Positions 26,765 to 36,046 of a stretch of DNA of 64,000 nt are shown piece by piece (position 1 is the first letter of the stretch; the number at the start of each line of letters is the position of its first letter). Below the pieces are notes generated by a model. It saw only the letters and a program-made list of their open reading frames with translations, ran no database searches and had not been told where the DNA came from. The stretch comes from a virus, in IMG/VR virus record IMGVR_UViG_3300021495_000002, positions 1 to 64,000 of that record, one strand, 5' to 3'. A program made the translations under genes and the position numbers.

Positions 26765-27613
26765 CTCCTATTTATCCTCGATGGATTAGAGGAATATCAA
26801 TCTAAATTTGATCGGTGCACCCGTGAGGACTTCCATCCTCAAACGGATGCACCAATCTATTTAGGCAGTGGGGCAGGAGCAAAGGAGGGGCTATTAAAGA
26901 GAAGCGTAAATTTTTCATCCGCTTATGTTTGCATCAATCTAAAATGAATAGTAGAATCTCAACCTCTTTCCTCTTTTGCGTTCCCTTCTTCTCTCTATTA
27001 GAGAGAAGAATAAATAAACAAATAAAGGTATAAAGCATAAGATAAACAGAACAACATAATAGATTATAATCAAAGACATGTTAAACATTTTGATTCTCAC
27101 CTACCATATTCTTCATGTATGCAATTTTTATTCTCATGGGTATATTATTATATCCCCTTCATTGGATATTTTGTTATATCTCATCATTTTGTCTCTCATG
27201 TGATTTTTCCCTCACCCTATCCCACCACATTTTGAGTATGTGAGTGGTGAATTACAAAAACCCTAAATTTGTCACACACCGTAACACAAAGATACCGGTT
27301 GGTGTTAAGCTTTATGTTGTTGTGAAGGATTCCTGGATGTGTGTCACTTCTTCATAAAGATGGCTCAGGATAACACATGTTCATACACAATTGGTATGAA
27401 TTCACATCACATTTTTATGCCGATCAACATACTTCTTGATTGGCTGGTAACACGGGTTATGTTTGCCCCAGCTTGCCCTCTTACAAAATGCTAAAATGCA
27501 CACATGTGGACATGATATTTGAATTTTTCTTTAAGGGTTCATGAAGATTTTTTGTTATGAAAAATAGGGTTAAATAGGGGCTTAAACATAGGGTTAATTG
27601 GTGATAAAGAAAA
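26765..27613. promoter_or_regulatory. Noncoding divergence hub between the minus-strand and plus-strand arms (divergent promoters; possible origin)
   Basis: About 850 nt without a credible ORF. All genes to the left are minus, all to the right plus. Contains CAATCTA[AT] repeats (26798, 26853, 26943), a hairpin at 26821-26846 and a perfect palindrome at 26986-27010. Confidence 0.6.
26986..27010. repeat. Perfect 11-bp inverted repeat with a 3-nt spacer
   Basis: ttcttctctct-att-agagagaagaa, read directly from the sequence. Confidence 0.9.
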
Positions 27614-28582
27614 ATGAATAAAAAAACATCACCAAAGGAAAAACCGGTTAAGGAGAGTAGCGAATCCTTAACACATAAAGAGAAGAACGCTAAAGAAGAG
27701 ATGGAGAAGAAGGAAGAAATAAAGAAGGAGGAAAAAGAGGAAAAAGAGGAAACAAGAGATAGGTACGTCATACAATACAATAAGACAACAGAGGAAGACA
27801 ATTATGAAACATTGAGGAAAGAAGGAAAGGTATACGTAACAAGCAATAAAGATAAAGCACAAGAGATAGCGGAGAAGCTTCTAAGTAAACACGTGGATTT
27901 AACGATGGTAAGGATATGCAGAGTGTCCAACAATATCCTTATACCCGAAGTAGAATTAACGGGTAAGGATATTGTAATGAAAAACAAGGAAGTGTTGCCC
28001 AAAGAAATGCGAGGAGTAATTAGCGAGGACATGCTACAATACATGGATGACTCAGAAATATCTTCTATCCGCAATTTGATAGCTGAATACATGAGGAAGA
28101 AACAAGAGATAGAAACATTTAGTAGGCTTGCAGTGCAAAGATCAGCTTTTCGACGAGATAAAGAAATGGTGAAGAAGCTTGAGGAGATAAAACATAATTA
28201 TCAAGCTTCTAAACAGACGTACGAAGACGCGAAGAAGATATGGGAAGAAGCTAAAAAGGAAACAGAAGAGTTCATAGAAGAATGCGAAAAGAAGTTTCCA
28301 TCAATTGGTCGATGGCTCCGCGTGGAGATCACCGGCACGGGGAGGACAGTAAGAAGAACATCGGGAAGGACACGCACAACGGGGGGCAAAAGGGAGATAA
28401 TCCTAAAGTTCCTCCGGGAACATAAGGGGGAAAGATTCAAGGAAAGCGAGATAAGAAGGAAGCTTCAAGAGATAAACAAAGAATATTCATGGACTCAGCA
28501 GTCAACTTGGAATCCCCTTAAATCCTTGAGAGAAGAGGGGATAATCAGTCAAGACGATAAGGGAAGATATTATCTTCCCTAA
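27614..28582 (+). CDS. K/E-rich protein with a C-terminal winged-helix DNA-binding domain
   Basis: 322 aa. C terminus KREIILKFLREHKGERFKESEIRRKLQE...WNPLKSLREEGIISQDDKGRYYL has a MarR/wHTH-like pattern. First gene of the plus-strand arm. Confidence 0.55.
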   Translation: MNKKTSPKEKPVKESSESLTHKEKNAKEEMEKKEEIKKEEKEEKEETRDRYVIQYNKTTEEDNYETLRKEGKVYVTSNKDKAQEIAEKLLSKHVDLTMVRICRVSNNILIPEVELTGKDIVMKNKEVLPKEMRGVISEDMLQYMDDSEISSIRNLIAEYMRKKQEIETFSRLAVQRSAFRRDKEMVKKLEEIKHNYQASKQTYEDAKKIWEEAKKETEEFIEECEKKFPSIGRWLRVEITGTGRTVRRTSGRTRTTGGKREIILKFLREHKGERFKESEIRRKLQEINKEYSWTQQSTWNPLKSLREEGIISQDDKGRYYLP

Positions 28583-28604
28583 AATTTTTCAAGGAGGGAT
28601 AAAG

Positions 28605-28754
28605 ATGGGAGATTGGGAAGATGCATGGGCAAAAGAGATGGAGATCAGTGAAGCACAGGAAGCTTTGGATAAATTGAGGGACGCGATAAAGAAGATGAGG
28701 GAAACAGAAGAGAAGGTGAACAAGCTACTGGTGATGCTAAATGCTAATCATTAA
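28605..28754 (+). CDS. Small hypothetical protein (49 aa)
   Basis: Own translation MGDWEDAWAKEMEISEAQEALDKLRDAIKKMRETEEKVNKLLVMLNANH. AAGGAGGG lies 6 nt upstream. Confidence 0.45.
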   Translation: MGDWEDAWAKEMEISEAQEALDKLRDAIKKMRETEEKVNKLLVMLNANH

Positions 28755-28893
28755 GAAAAACCCGTTGCATCCTGAAACGGGAAGCCTATTTCTCAAATAC
28801 CGGGATGGTGAGGAGGGATTTATAAGAATCATTCCCTCCAGTGAGATGCGAGAGATCGAAAAAGGAGAAAGAGAGATAAAGAGAGAGGGATAA
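28741..28893 (+). CDS. Small hypothetical protein (50 aa)
   Basis: Own translation MLIIKKNPLHPETGSLFLKYRDGEEGFIRIIPSSEMREIEKGEREIKREG. Overlaps the previous small ORF. Confidence 0.35.
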   Translation: MLIIKKNPLHPETGSLFLKYRDGEEGFIRIIPSSEMREIEKGEREIKREG

Positions 28894-29059
28894 TTTCATT
28901 CCCCTCTAATTTTATTTCGCGTTATTTCTAAATTTTATTTGAATGACCAAAAAGCTTTAAGGTTCATCACACCTATATATTAACTGGTGATAGAAAAATG
29001 CGAGAAATAGCAATAGCTGTGTATGTAGTAGCTTTTGTATTAGCAATAAGCTATTATGT

Positions 29060-29490
29060 AGTCATAACAATAGCTTGATTTTTCTTATTTTTTATTATTT
29101 TTTGATTTTATGAATTTTTCATATTCTTTCATTATTTTTTCTTAAATTTTGTTATTCTGAATTCTTCATAAAAAATTTTTAAGATTTATGAAAATTTAAG
29201 ATTTGTGAATTGTTCATAAAAGTGAAAAAATAAATCTTAAAAAATAAAATTTTATGAAAAGTCCCGATTTTCTTCATAAAAAATAAGAATTCACAAGAAA
29301 TTATAAAAATTTTCTTGATTTTATGCTCTCAATAGCAATTTTGAATTGATTTTTCTTATTAAATTTGAATTTTTCATCCAGGAATATCAAGGAATAAAAC
29401 AAAAACCAAAGAAAAATAAGATAAAATTATAAGAAGTGAAATGAAATTCATACGAAATCATAAGAAACCCGGAAAAAATATGAATTTTTA
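29060..29490. repeat. AT-rich, repeat-dense noncoding block (iteron-like; candidate origin or packaging/regulatory region)
   Basis: TTCATAAAA at 29165, 29213 and 29273. Its complement T(T)TTATGAA(AA) at 29106, 29185 and 29250. Perfect 15-bp direct repeats ttgatttttcttatt (29065/29346) and ttcttcataaaaaat (29163/29270). Inverted tgtgaatt/aattcaca (29203/29288). Confidence 0.7.
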
Positions 29491-29789
29491 ATATGCTGGC
29501 ATTAGCACACACCCACAGGGGGAGGGGAGGGGTGTATCTAACTCTTACGAAAATGGTTATTTTGGCAAATAAAATGGTAGGGGCAAATATCTGGGTTTTA
29601 AGCCCAACGCTGCCTCCGTTAGGCGATTCTCCGAGGAGTTTGAATAAAAATCCTCTGAGAGGGCTTCGTTTAAGAGGCGTCTCGTGATGTTCACTGTAAT
29701 CGGTTTCGTGTGTTTGACCATTCTCCGCCGCTCTTTTATTGTTTTCTCTTACGTAATCGTTTAAGTGTTTTATTCCTTCACTACGTAGT

Positions 29790-30533
29790 ATGAAGGTAGT
29801 AAAAATTATCCTTTTATTATTAATATTTATTTTATTATATTTATTTTTATTTTATTATTGGGGGACAAAAATCAGGATGCAAGCTATTGAATACGAAATG
29901 CGAAAAAACACATCTCTATTTGTAGGAGTCATCTTTTCTCCTTCCTTCCCATATTGGCATATAGAGGCTCTCCAAGCTTTCTTAAATACTAAGAAGCCTC
30001 TTAGGTGGATGCTTGATATAGAAAGAAATCATGGTATTGCTGCTGCAAGAAATAAAATAGTTCAGTCCTTTCTTAATACAACCTATACGCATCTTATGCT
30101 CCTCGACTCAGACGTGATTTTGTACGAGGATACGGTAACTCGAATGCTCGAAATAGACGAAGATGTGGTAGTTGCAAACGTACCACAAAAGCCCGACGGA
30201 GGTGTTCCATGTGTAGAGCATTCAGAGTTACCATACAAAAGGGGCAAACAAATATCCGTAAATGGTGCCCAACCAGTGAAGAAATTCATGCTCTGTGGTC
30301 TTGGATGTATTCTCGTGAAGCGGGAAGTCTTTGAACAAATGGACTTTCCTTATTTCCGATATGCTTCACAGGAATTTGATACTCTACCGGATTGGTATAG
30401 AGTATCAGAGGACTATTTCTTCTTTGTACGTTTAGAAGAGCTTGGTATAAAGCCAGTTTATCTTCCTAAAGCAAAAACTAAGCATATTACGAGTGCTGCG
30501 CTTGAGTGCGGAAAGGGGTTGGTGCTTGTATGA
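29790..30533 (+). CDS. GT2-family glycosyltransferase with an N-terminal TM anchor
   Basis: Hydrophobic N terminus, AARNKIVQ, LMLLDSDVIL (DxD), and GCILVKREVFEQMDFPYF typical of GT-A enzymes. Confidence 0.65.
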   Translation: MKVVKIILLLLIFILLYLFLFYYWGTKIRMQAIEYEMRKNTSLFVGVIFSPSFPYWHIEALQAFLNTKKPLRWMLDIERNHGIAAARNKIVQSFLNTTYTHLMLLDSDVILYEDTVTRMLEIDEDVVVANVPQKPDGGVPCVEHSELPYKRGKQISVNGAQPVKKFMLCGLGCILVKREVFEQMDFPYFRYASQEFDTLPDWYRVSEDYFFFVRLEELGIKPVYLPKAKTKHITSAALECGKGLVLV

Positions 30534-31666
30534 AAGTAGGAGTCATAACTTCGGTTTTCTTTCCTCTTATAGACAATGCTTACAAGTTCTATGGAGGAAT
30601 GGAAATTAGAACTTTGTCCTTGATTGAATATCTAAGCCAGAGAGGGCACGATGTACATGTCTTTGCAACCAAAGATTCTTCTCTTCACATAAAGAATGTG
30701 ACTCTTCATACTGGAAATTACCCTATTTGGGATGGCAAACGTTTATCATCCTACGATACAGAAAAAGATATCATAGTGAGCAATTTGGATATCCTAAAGA
30801 GTTGTGATGCAGTTATTGAGGATAACCATTTTCATTATTACAATTATCTTGCTTCGAAGAAGGGCTTCAAACAAAATGTAGCAATGTCTTGGGACTTCTA
30901 TCCAAATAACCTCAAGGTCTTACCTCCCACACCAAGAAATGTACTTTGTGTATCGAAGTGGCTACGCAATGAGATTAGAGATAAGTTCGCTCATGCCGGA
31001 CACAAAATCTACTACGCTTATTCTGGACTGAACTTGGATTACTATAAACCTTTTAATAACCACCCCTCCTTTGATGGACCAATTTTGTTCCTCAATAGAT
31101 TTTCTCACATCAAAGGAGGGCATATATTCCTTCAGTTGGCAAAAGATATGCCTGACGAGGAATTCCTAATGATGGGCGACGTTCTCTTTACACAAGAAGG
31201 TACTTACGCGTGGAAACTCAAACAAATAGCAGACGATATGCCTAATGTAAAAGTTATATTCAATGCTTCATGGGAAGAAAAGATTAATGCGTTGCAGACG
31301 TGTAAATTTCTTGTTCATCCGTGCATAGTCCCAGAGCCTCTTGGACTCGACTGTCTTGAGGCACAATATCTTGGCAAATATGTCATAGGATTTGCGATGG
31401 GTGGACTCCTTGAAACAGTTAAGGAAGGCAAAACAGGAAGCTTAGTCTTTCCTGAAAGAAATTCAGAGATAAATTACAAGAAGTTGAAAGAGAGAGTCGA
31501 AATTTTTACATCAAAAGAACCGAATCCTAAAGTCTGTATTAGGAATGTCGAAGAAAATTTTAATTTCAAGAAGTTTTCAGCCCCTGTTTATGAAGCAATA
31601 TTGATGGGCAAAAGCGAAGATGAAATCCACGAATTAGAACGTAAACAAAATGCTGTCGTGATATGA
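30530..31666 (+). CDS. GT4/GT1-type (GT-B) glycosyltransferase
   Basis: MKVGVITSVFFP...GGMEIRTLSLIEYLSQRGHDVHVF at the N terminus. EPLGLDCLEAQYLGKYVIGFAMGGLLETVKEGKTGSL matches the E-x7-E GT-B C-terminal motif. ATG at 30530 forms an ATGA overlap with the upstream stop. Confidence 0.75.
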   Translation: MKVGVITSVFFPLIDNAYKFYGGMEIRTLSLIEYLSQRGHDVHVFATKDSSLHIKNVTLHTGNYPIWDGKRLSSYDTEKDIIVSNLDILKSCDAVIEDNHFHYYNYLASKKGFKQNVAMSWDFYPNNLKVLPPTPRNVLCVSKWLRNEIRDKFAHAGHKIYYAYSGLNLDYYKPFNNHPSFDGPILFLNRFSHIKGGHIFLQLAKDMPDEEFLMMGDVLFTQEGTYAWKLKQIADDMPNVKVIFNASWEEKINALQTCKFLVHPCIVPEPLGLDCLEAQYLGKYVIGFAMGGLLETVKEGKTGSLVFPERNSEINYKKLKERVEIFTSKEPNPKVCIRNVEENFNFKKFSAPVYEAILMGKSEDEIHELERKQNAVVI

Positions 31667-32160
31667 AGGATACGACCCCGATTCTTGTTAAGAGCACAAC
31701 AAAGCAGAAACTTTCGGAGGCAAAAGAGATCCTTCGAAAGACTTGGGATGACTTCCTTGTTTACCTTCTTGAGTTTTATATTTCCCACGCAGATGAGGAC
31801 GACAGGGAGTTAGACAAGGCTGATGTGATGCGCTATTGCATCTCTTCTCCTGACACGAGTTCACTCGAGTTCCATAGAGATCAGCTTACGAAGATTCTTA
31901 CCGATTTAGAACACACGTACGCAACAACCGGCGATCCAAAAGACAAAGCGACAATTGCTGAGAAGATTGCTCGTATTAATGCCTCTCTTAAGGACATTTC
32001 AAAAACTGATGAAAGTAGTCGAGTACTTGAAGAGATAGCACAAATAAAAAAGAACAGATTGAAAATTTTAAAGAATATAGCTCCAACAAAGACTGTAAAA
32101 CGAAATGAAGATAAAGAAGAGATATCGGAAACTGAGAGTGAACAAGAAGCAAGTAATTAA
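31663..32160 (+). CDS. Hypothetical protein; candidate small terminase / RHH-type DNA-binding protein
   Basis: 165 aa, directly upstream of TerL. N terminus ILVKSTTKQKLSEAKEIL looks like a ribbon-helix-helix strand-helix. The call rests on position only. Confidence 0.3.
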   Translation: MKDTTPILVKSTTKQKLSEAKEILRKTWDDFLVYLLEFYISHADEDDRELDKADVMRYCISSPDTSSLEFHRDQLTKILTDLEHTYATTGDPKDKATIAEKIARINASLKDISKTDESSRVLEEIAQIKKNRLKILKNIAPTKTVKRNEDKEEISETESEQEASN

Positions 32161-33730
32161 GGTCATTTGTGATTATTGTGGAAAGGAATACGAGGTCACT
32201 GAGCAAGTTTACTATGCTAAGATGCGACAGGGCTTTAGATACTTCTTCTGTTCGGAGCAATGTTTAGCCCGTGCTCGTGCAGAATACTTGTGGAACCGTA
32301 AAGCACCTGTCAATATTCCTGATGAACTTAAAGAAGAGCCTGAAGTTGAAGTATCTCTCATACCGGAGGACATGCAAGGCTTTTGTTACTATTGTCATCG
32401 ACGAATCCCAAAGTCAGCAATATTCTGTGAAGAACATGCAACTAAAGAACATCTTGCAATATTTGAAGCAACTCAGGAATTACCAGTTCACCCAAGAGGT
32501 TGGTGGTCCTACGAAATAATTAAGGATTGGCTTTCTGGCTACAAGAAGATTCTTTTAAAAGCTCCCTCTGGAACGGGTAAGAGCGTTCTTGAGGACATTA
32601 TGGCATATTTGAATTTGACACTCTTTGATAATTCCTTCACTCTCATAGGTTCAATTTCAATGCCAATAGCCGTGCAGCATATAGACAGAATCCGTGGATG
32701 GGTGGCTATGTCTCCCTTTAGAAACTTCATAGTGTATGACAGTAAAGAACAAATAAAACTCAAGAATGGTTCAAGGGTCTTAGCGATAGCGCAAAATGAA
32801 AAGACTCGAGGTGGTTACCATCCTGATTTGATTCTGTTGGATGAGCTTGCTCGTATACGACCTTCTGCCTATTATGGCTTGTTTTATCAGATGGGAAAAA
32901 CAAAGGGGGCAACTGAAATAGGAGTATCGACTCCATTCCTCAACTCAGGAGCCTTTCTCAAGCTTTGGCATTCAGGAACGTCCAGAAATTATTCAGTAAA
33001 GCTTGAAGATTGTTGGTTTATTACTGAAGAAATGATAAGGGATGCTCAAAAAGACATGTCCCCCTCCTTTTTTGATCAAGTATTTAAAGCTGAATTTGTA
33101 GCAACCTCTAATAGAGTGATTCCGGATGAGCAACTTCTCAACGCTATTACGGATACAAGATCGAAATATACAGGAGAAACAATAATGGGTCTCGACTTTG
33201 GACGTAAGCGAGATCATACAGCATTAGTAGTCCTTAACGATAAGGGTCATGTCATATACACCGAAATTTTGCCTCTCAAGACAACTTGGCGAGAACAATA
33301 TGCCATAATACGCGATAGAGCAAAAAAATTTAATCCCACCACGATATATGCGGATCAGACATCGATTGGTGATCCCATACTGGAAGAACTTTCGGACCTT
33401 CCGATTGAGCCTGTCCTAATGTCTAACGATAAATTAAAAAAGAAGATTATTGACAATTTGGTTTTGTGTTTTGCTTATAATTCGATTCACATACCTAAAG
33501 ATGAACAAAAGTTGATTGATCAGCTTTCAGCTTTTGTATATTTAGATGATAACTTAAGTAAATGTGGTCCCGAAGGAGGAGCACATGACGACCTCGTGGA
33601 CGCGTTGGCTCTCGCCTCCTTGGGACTCGAACGACATATTGATGAGGAAGAAACTACGGATATTTGGGGAGCGATTGGTGGAGAACGGTCGCTTGATATG
33701 GAGGAAAGTCCTTGGACAATTGTATGGTGA
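32105..33730 (+). CDS. terL: Terminase large subunit with an N-terminal zinc-ribbon extension
   Basis: Walker A LLKAPSGTGKSVL, Walker B LILLDELARI. Nuclease-domain acidic blocks GLDFGRKRDHTALVV, IYADQTSIGD and AHDDLVDALALA. N-terminal CDYC...FFCSEQC and CYYC...FCEEH. Confidence 0.85.
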   Translation: MKIKKRYRKLRVNKKQVIKVICDYCGKEYEVTEQVYYAKMRQGFRYFFCSEQCLARARAEYLWNRKAPVNIPDELKEEPEVEVSLIPEDMQGFCYYCHRRIPKSAIFCEEHATKEHLAIFEATQELPVHPRGWWSYEIIKDWLSGYKKILLKAPSGTGKSVLEDIMAYLNLTLFDNSFTLIGSISMPIAVQHIDRIRGWVAMSPFRNFIVYDSKEQIKLKNGSRVLAIAQNEKTRGGYHPDLILLDELARIRPSAYYGLFYQMGKTKGATEIGVSTPFLNSGAFLKLWHSGTSRNYSVKLEDCWFITEEMIRDAQKDMSPSFFDQVFKAEFVATSNRVIPDEQLLNAITDTRSKYTGETIMGLDFGRKRDHTALVVLNDKGHVIYTEILPLKTTWREQYAIIRDRAKKFNPTTIYADQTSIGDPILEELSDLPIEPVLMSNDKLKKKIIDNLVLCFAYNSIHIPKDEQKLIDQLSAFVYLDDNLSKCGPEGGAHDDLVDALALASLGLERHIDEEETTDIWGAIGGERSLDMEESPWTIVW

Positions 33731-34724
33731 TCGGGATACAGATCCTTGGAAAGTAGGTGCTCCGAGTGGTGAAGACGAGAGTGATGAGTCTTCCAGAACT
33801 TTTAAGACTACACACGCGTTAGAGGTGGGTGGACCATCTCAAGAAGACTGGGAATTGTATTTGACAAGTCCTCCAGCATTTGCAGCAGTTGAAGCCGTCA
33901 CCTTTGCTGTTCTCTCTGCTGGTTTTGAAATTCATGGTGAGAGTGAGCAAATTAGGGAAAGATACACACGGCGCTTTGATAAAGTATTTCCAAAGCTTTA
34001 TTCTGTTATGCGAGACGCTTTAGTGTTTGGCGACAGTTATTCGAGAATCCTCTTCGGGAGGGATAACCATTTTACTGATATTGAAGTTTTATTTCCGCTC
34101 AATGTAGTAACTCAGAATGGTGATTACTTTGTACGAGAAGGTGGAAAGCTTGTTCGTGTAAAGAACATTTGGCACTTTCAAGCTATGGCTCGTACAGACT
34201 CATCTTTTGGCATATCTATGATAGGTGTAGCAAGACAACCTCTTAAATGGAAGAAGGAAATTGACGAGAGTGTCCACGAGGGTATTATCAGACACGGTTT
34301 TGCGAAATATCATATTCAGTGCCTTCCCGATAGACGAGGACTTTATCCTGATGAAAATAAGCTTAAGGAATTGGAGAGACAGTTTAGAAAAATTCACGTG
34401 GGTCATGAGTTTGTTTCGACAGACAAGGTTAAAATTGATCCAATTGACACATCTGGATTTCCAGCTCTCTTAGACTATCTGCAATATTACACAAGTCTTG
34501 CTGCGACCGGCTTAATGGTTCCGGCTGAGACACTTGGGCAGGGCATAGCAACTTCACAGTATGCAACTGCTAAGGTAAGGATGGAATTCTTCCTCAAGAA
34601 TACTATTCCTTATTTCCAGAGAGTCCTTGAATGTTCCATTAATGATAACCTTATGGGCGAAAGGGCTGAGGGAGCTATATTTAAACTGAATGAACCAAAA
34701 GAGATCTCATATAAGACAGGATGA
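33564..34724 (+). CDS. Putative portal protein (start uncertain)
   Basis: Position immediately after TerL. 386-aa ORF overlapping TerL by up to 167 nt. Alternative starts are ATG 33642 or the TTG/GTG at ~33672-33677, which sit behind GGGGAG. Confidence 0.5.
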   Translation: MVPKEEHMTTSWTRWLSPPWDSNDILMRKKLRIFGERLVENGRLIWRKVLGQLYGDRDTDPWKVGAPSGEDESDESSRTFKTTHALEVGGPSQEDWELYLTSPPAFAAVEAVTFAVLSAGFEIHGESEQIRERYTRRFDKVFPKLYSVMRDALVFGDSYSRILFGRDNHFTDIEVLFPLNVVTQNGDYFVREGGKLVRVKNIWHFQAMARTDSSFGISMIGVARQPLKWKKEIDESVHEGIIRHGFAKYHIQCLPDRRGLYPDENKLKELERQFRKIHVGHEFVSTDKVKIDPIDTSGFPALLDYLQYYTSLAATGLMVPAETLGQGIATSQYATAKVRMEFFLKNTIPYFQRVLECSINDNLMGERAEGAIFKLNEPKEISYKTG

Positions 34725-35152
34725 TTCACGATACATATTTTCCTTTAGGACGAGAGAAAAAGGACATATTTCACGATAGGATTTTAGTAGAGAGTGGGGA
34801 CATGTTATATGATTCCACATCTCAAGGTGTTCCCATTTTTATCCCTCCCAATGTTCTGAAAAACGCTCGTATCCCCAAGAAGTTACCATTTCAGATTTTT
34901 CACAATGGAAAGGAAGTTGGGGAAGTTAAAAATATTCGATGGGATGGTAGAGCACTTCGGGGAGATATTCATGTCTATCCCCAACATAATGAGGAGGTAG
35001 TTAGAGAGCTCTTGAGAGGAAATCATGGTTTGTCTGTGCGTTTCTCTTCTATTGATGAGGATTATAAAACTTATACATTGATTAAAGACTTGACGTTGGA
35101 GCATTTAGCTCTTGTTCCAGCTCCAGCGTCACCGTCTGCAAGAATAGTGTAA
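34721..35152 (+). CDS. Short prohead-protease-like protein (HK97 U35/S78-like)
   Basis: QIFHNGKEVGEVKNIRWDGRALRGDIHV and the C-terminal LEHLALVPAPASPSARIV resemble the H...G and SLV..PA..A blocks of HK97-type proteases. Sits between the portal gene and the first capsid paralog. Confidence 0.4.
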   Translation: MIHDTYFPLGREKKDIFHDRILVESGDMLYDSTSQGVPIFIPPNVLKNARIPKKLPFQIFHNGKEVGEVKNIRWDGRALRGDIHVYPQHNEEVVRELLRGNHGLSVRFSSIDEDYKTYTLIKDLTLEHLALVPAPASPSARIV

Positions 35153-35182
35153 AATTCTACGAAAGAGTTAAGGAGAAAAGAA

Positions 35183-36037
35183 ATGGGTGAATTAGCTGAT
35201 AGGTTAAAAGAATACGTCGCTAAGGTGCAGACCCACGAACTCAGTACGTCTGATGACATACGACGACTGACACAGAAAGCCTATTATAATGCTGTCATAG
35301 CTGGAGCTAAACGAAGGGAATTCATGAGGAAGATATTACCTGTTGTTAAAACAAGTTCGCATAGAGTGAGAGTATTCACGTCTAACGCAAACGGATACGC
35401 TTCAAAAGGAGCTTATAAAGGAGAACCTCCTATTTTCCATCCTAAATACACAAGCATTGATGCTGTAACCGAAAAAGCTTGGACTTTGCCCCTTGCTCCT
35501 AAAGAGTTAGTTGAAGACGCAGAATTCGATTTAATTGAAAACGAGGTTTCTCTCGCTGGCATGAGATTAGAGAATACTTTGAATCAGGATGCGATTTCTG
35601 CATTAATAGACAATGCAGAACATTCTCAAGTGTGTGACGGAACTTCTCCGGTTGTGGCAATTGGAAACGCTTGTGTGGACATTGCAGATTCTCAATTCAC
35701 ACCAACTCACATGATTGCTACTCCTCAGTTTTATAATGTGGCACTTACTACGTTTCAAACTCCACTCATGTATAATAAAAAACAGGGAGGTCTGCTTGAC
35801 ATGAGTCTGCTTGCCGTTATTTCAAATGGCGACGAGAATTGGGCGTGGGGGGATACCGGAGATGTTGGAGCGGTAATCTTGGATGCTGAAATGGCAGGAT
35901 TAATTCTCATGAAGGAAGATATAACGGTTAAGAAGTATTCTGATCCTCTTAATGATTTACGTGGTGCAATAGTAGAAATGAAATACAAAGTTGTAGTAAC
36001 AAAACCCAAGGCTATTTGTATAATTAAGCATGATTAG
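35183..36037 (+). CDS. HK97-fold major-capsid-protein paralog 1 (284 aa)
   Basis: Alignable by eye along its length with the 52541-53527 protein: KELVEDAEFDLIE/EELIEEEEFDVIE, FTPTHMIATPQ/FEPDTIVMTPD, YSDPLNDLRG/FEDPLNDLRN. Canonical TerL-portal-protease-MCP position. Confidence 0.65.
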   Translation: MGELADRLKEYVAKVQTHELSTSDDIRRLTQKAYYNAVIAGAKRREFMRKILPVVKTSSHRVRVFTSNANGYASKGAYKGEPPIFHPKYTSIDAVTEKAWTLPLAPKELVEDAEFDLIENEVSLAGMRLENTLNQDAISALIDNAEHSQVCDGTSPVVAIGNACVDIADSQFTPTHMIATPQFYNVALTTFQTPLMYNKKQGGLLDMSLLAVISNGDENWAWGDTGDVGAVILDAEMAGLILMKEDITVKKYSDPLNDLRGAIVEMKYKVVVTKPKAICIIKHD

Positions 36038-36046
36038 GAGAAGAAA

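Noticed and set aside
27481-27801. 106-aa minus-strand ORF spanning the start of the wHTH gene
   Set aside because: S/F/L-rich antisense shadow of the K/E-rich 27614-28582 gene. It would also break the otherwise strict strand partition.
29060-29490. Possible CRISPR or mini-CRISPR array in the repeat-dense AT-rich block
   Set aside because: The repeats are only 9-15 bp long, occur in both orientations, and have irregular spacing without unique spacers of constant length. This is not CRISPR architecture.
29493-29687. 64-aa plus-strand ORF in the GC-richer island
   Set aside because: Its G/R/L-rich product (THRGRGGVYL..., LRGLRLRGVS) looks like translated structured or G-rich DNA. No ribosome-binding site is present. 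Kept as a noncoding observation instead.
29560-29700. Possible tRNA in the GC-richer island
   Set aside because: I could not draw a cloverleaf: there is no 7-bp acceptor stem and no T-loop GTTCRANYC-like sequence. Only simple nested hairpins are present.
35183-36037. Capsid paralog 1 as a stand-alone encapsulin
   Set aside because: Its size (284 aa, no delta domain) fits an encapsulin. However, it sits in a TerL-portal-protease-MCP string and is a close paralog of the other capsid gene, so a virion role such as a vertex protein is more parsimonious. The idea is kept only as an alternative within the capsid-duplication finding.
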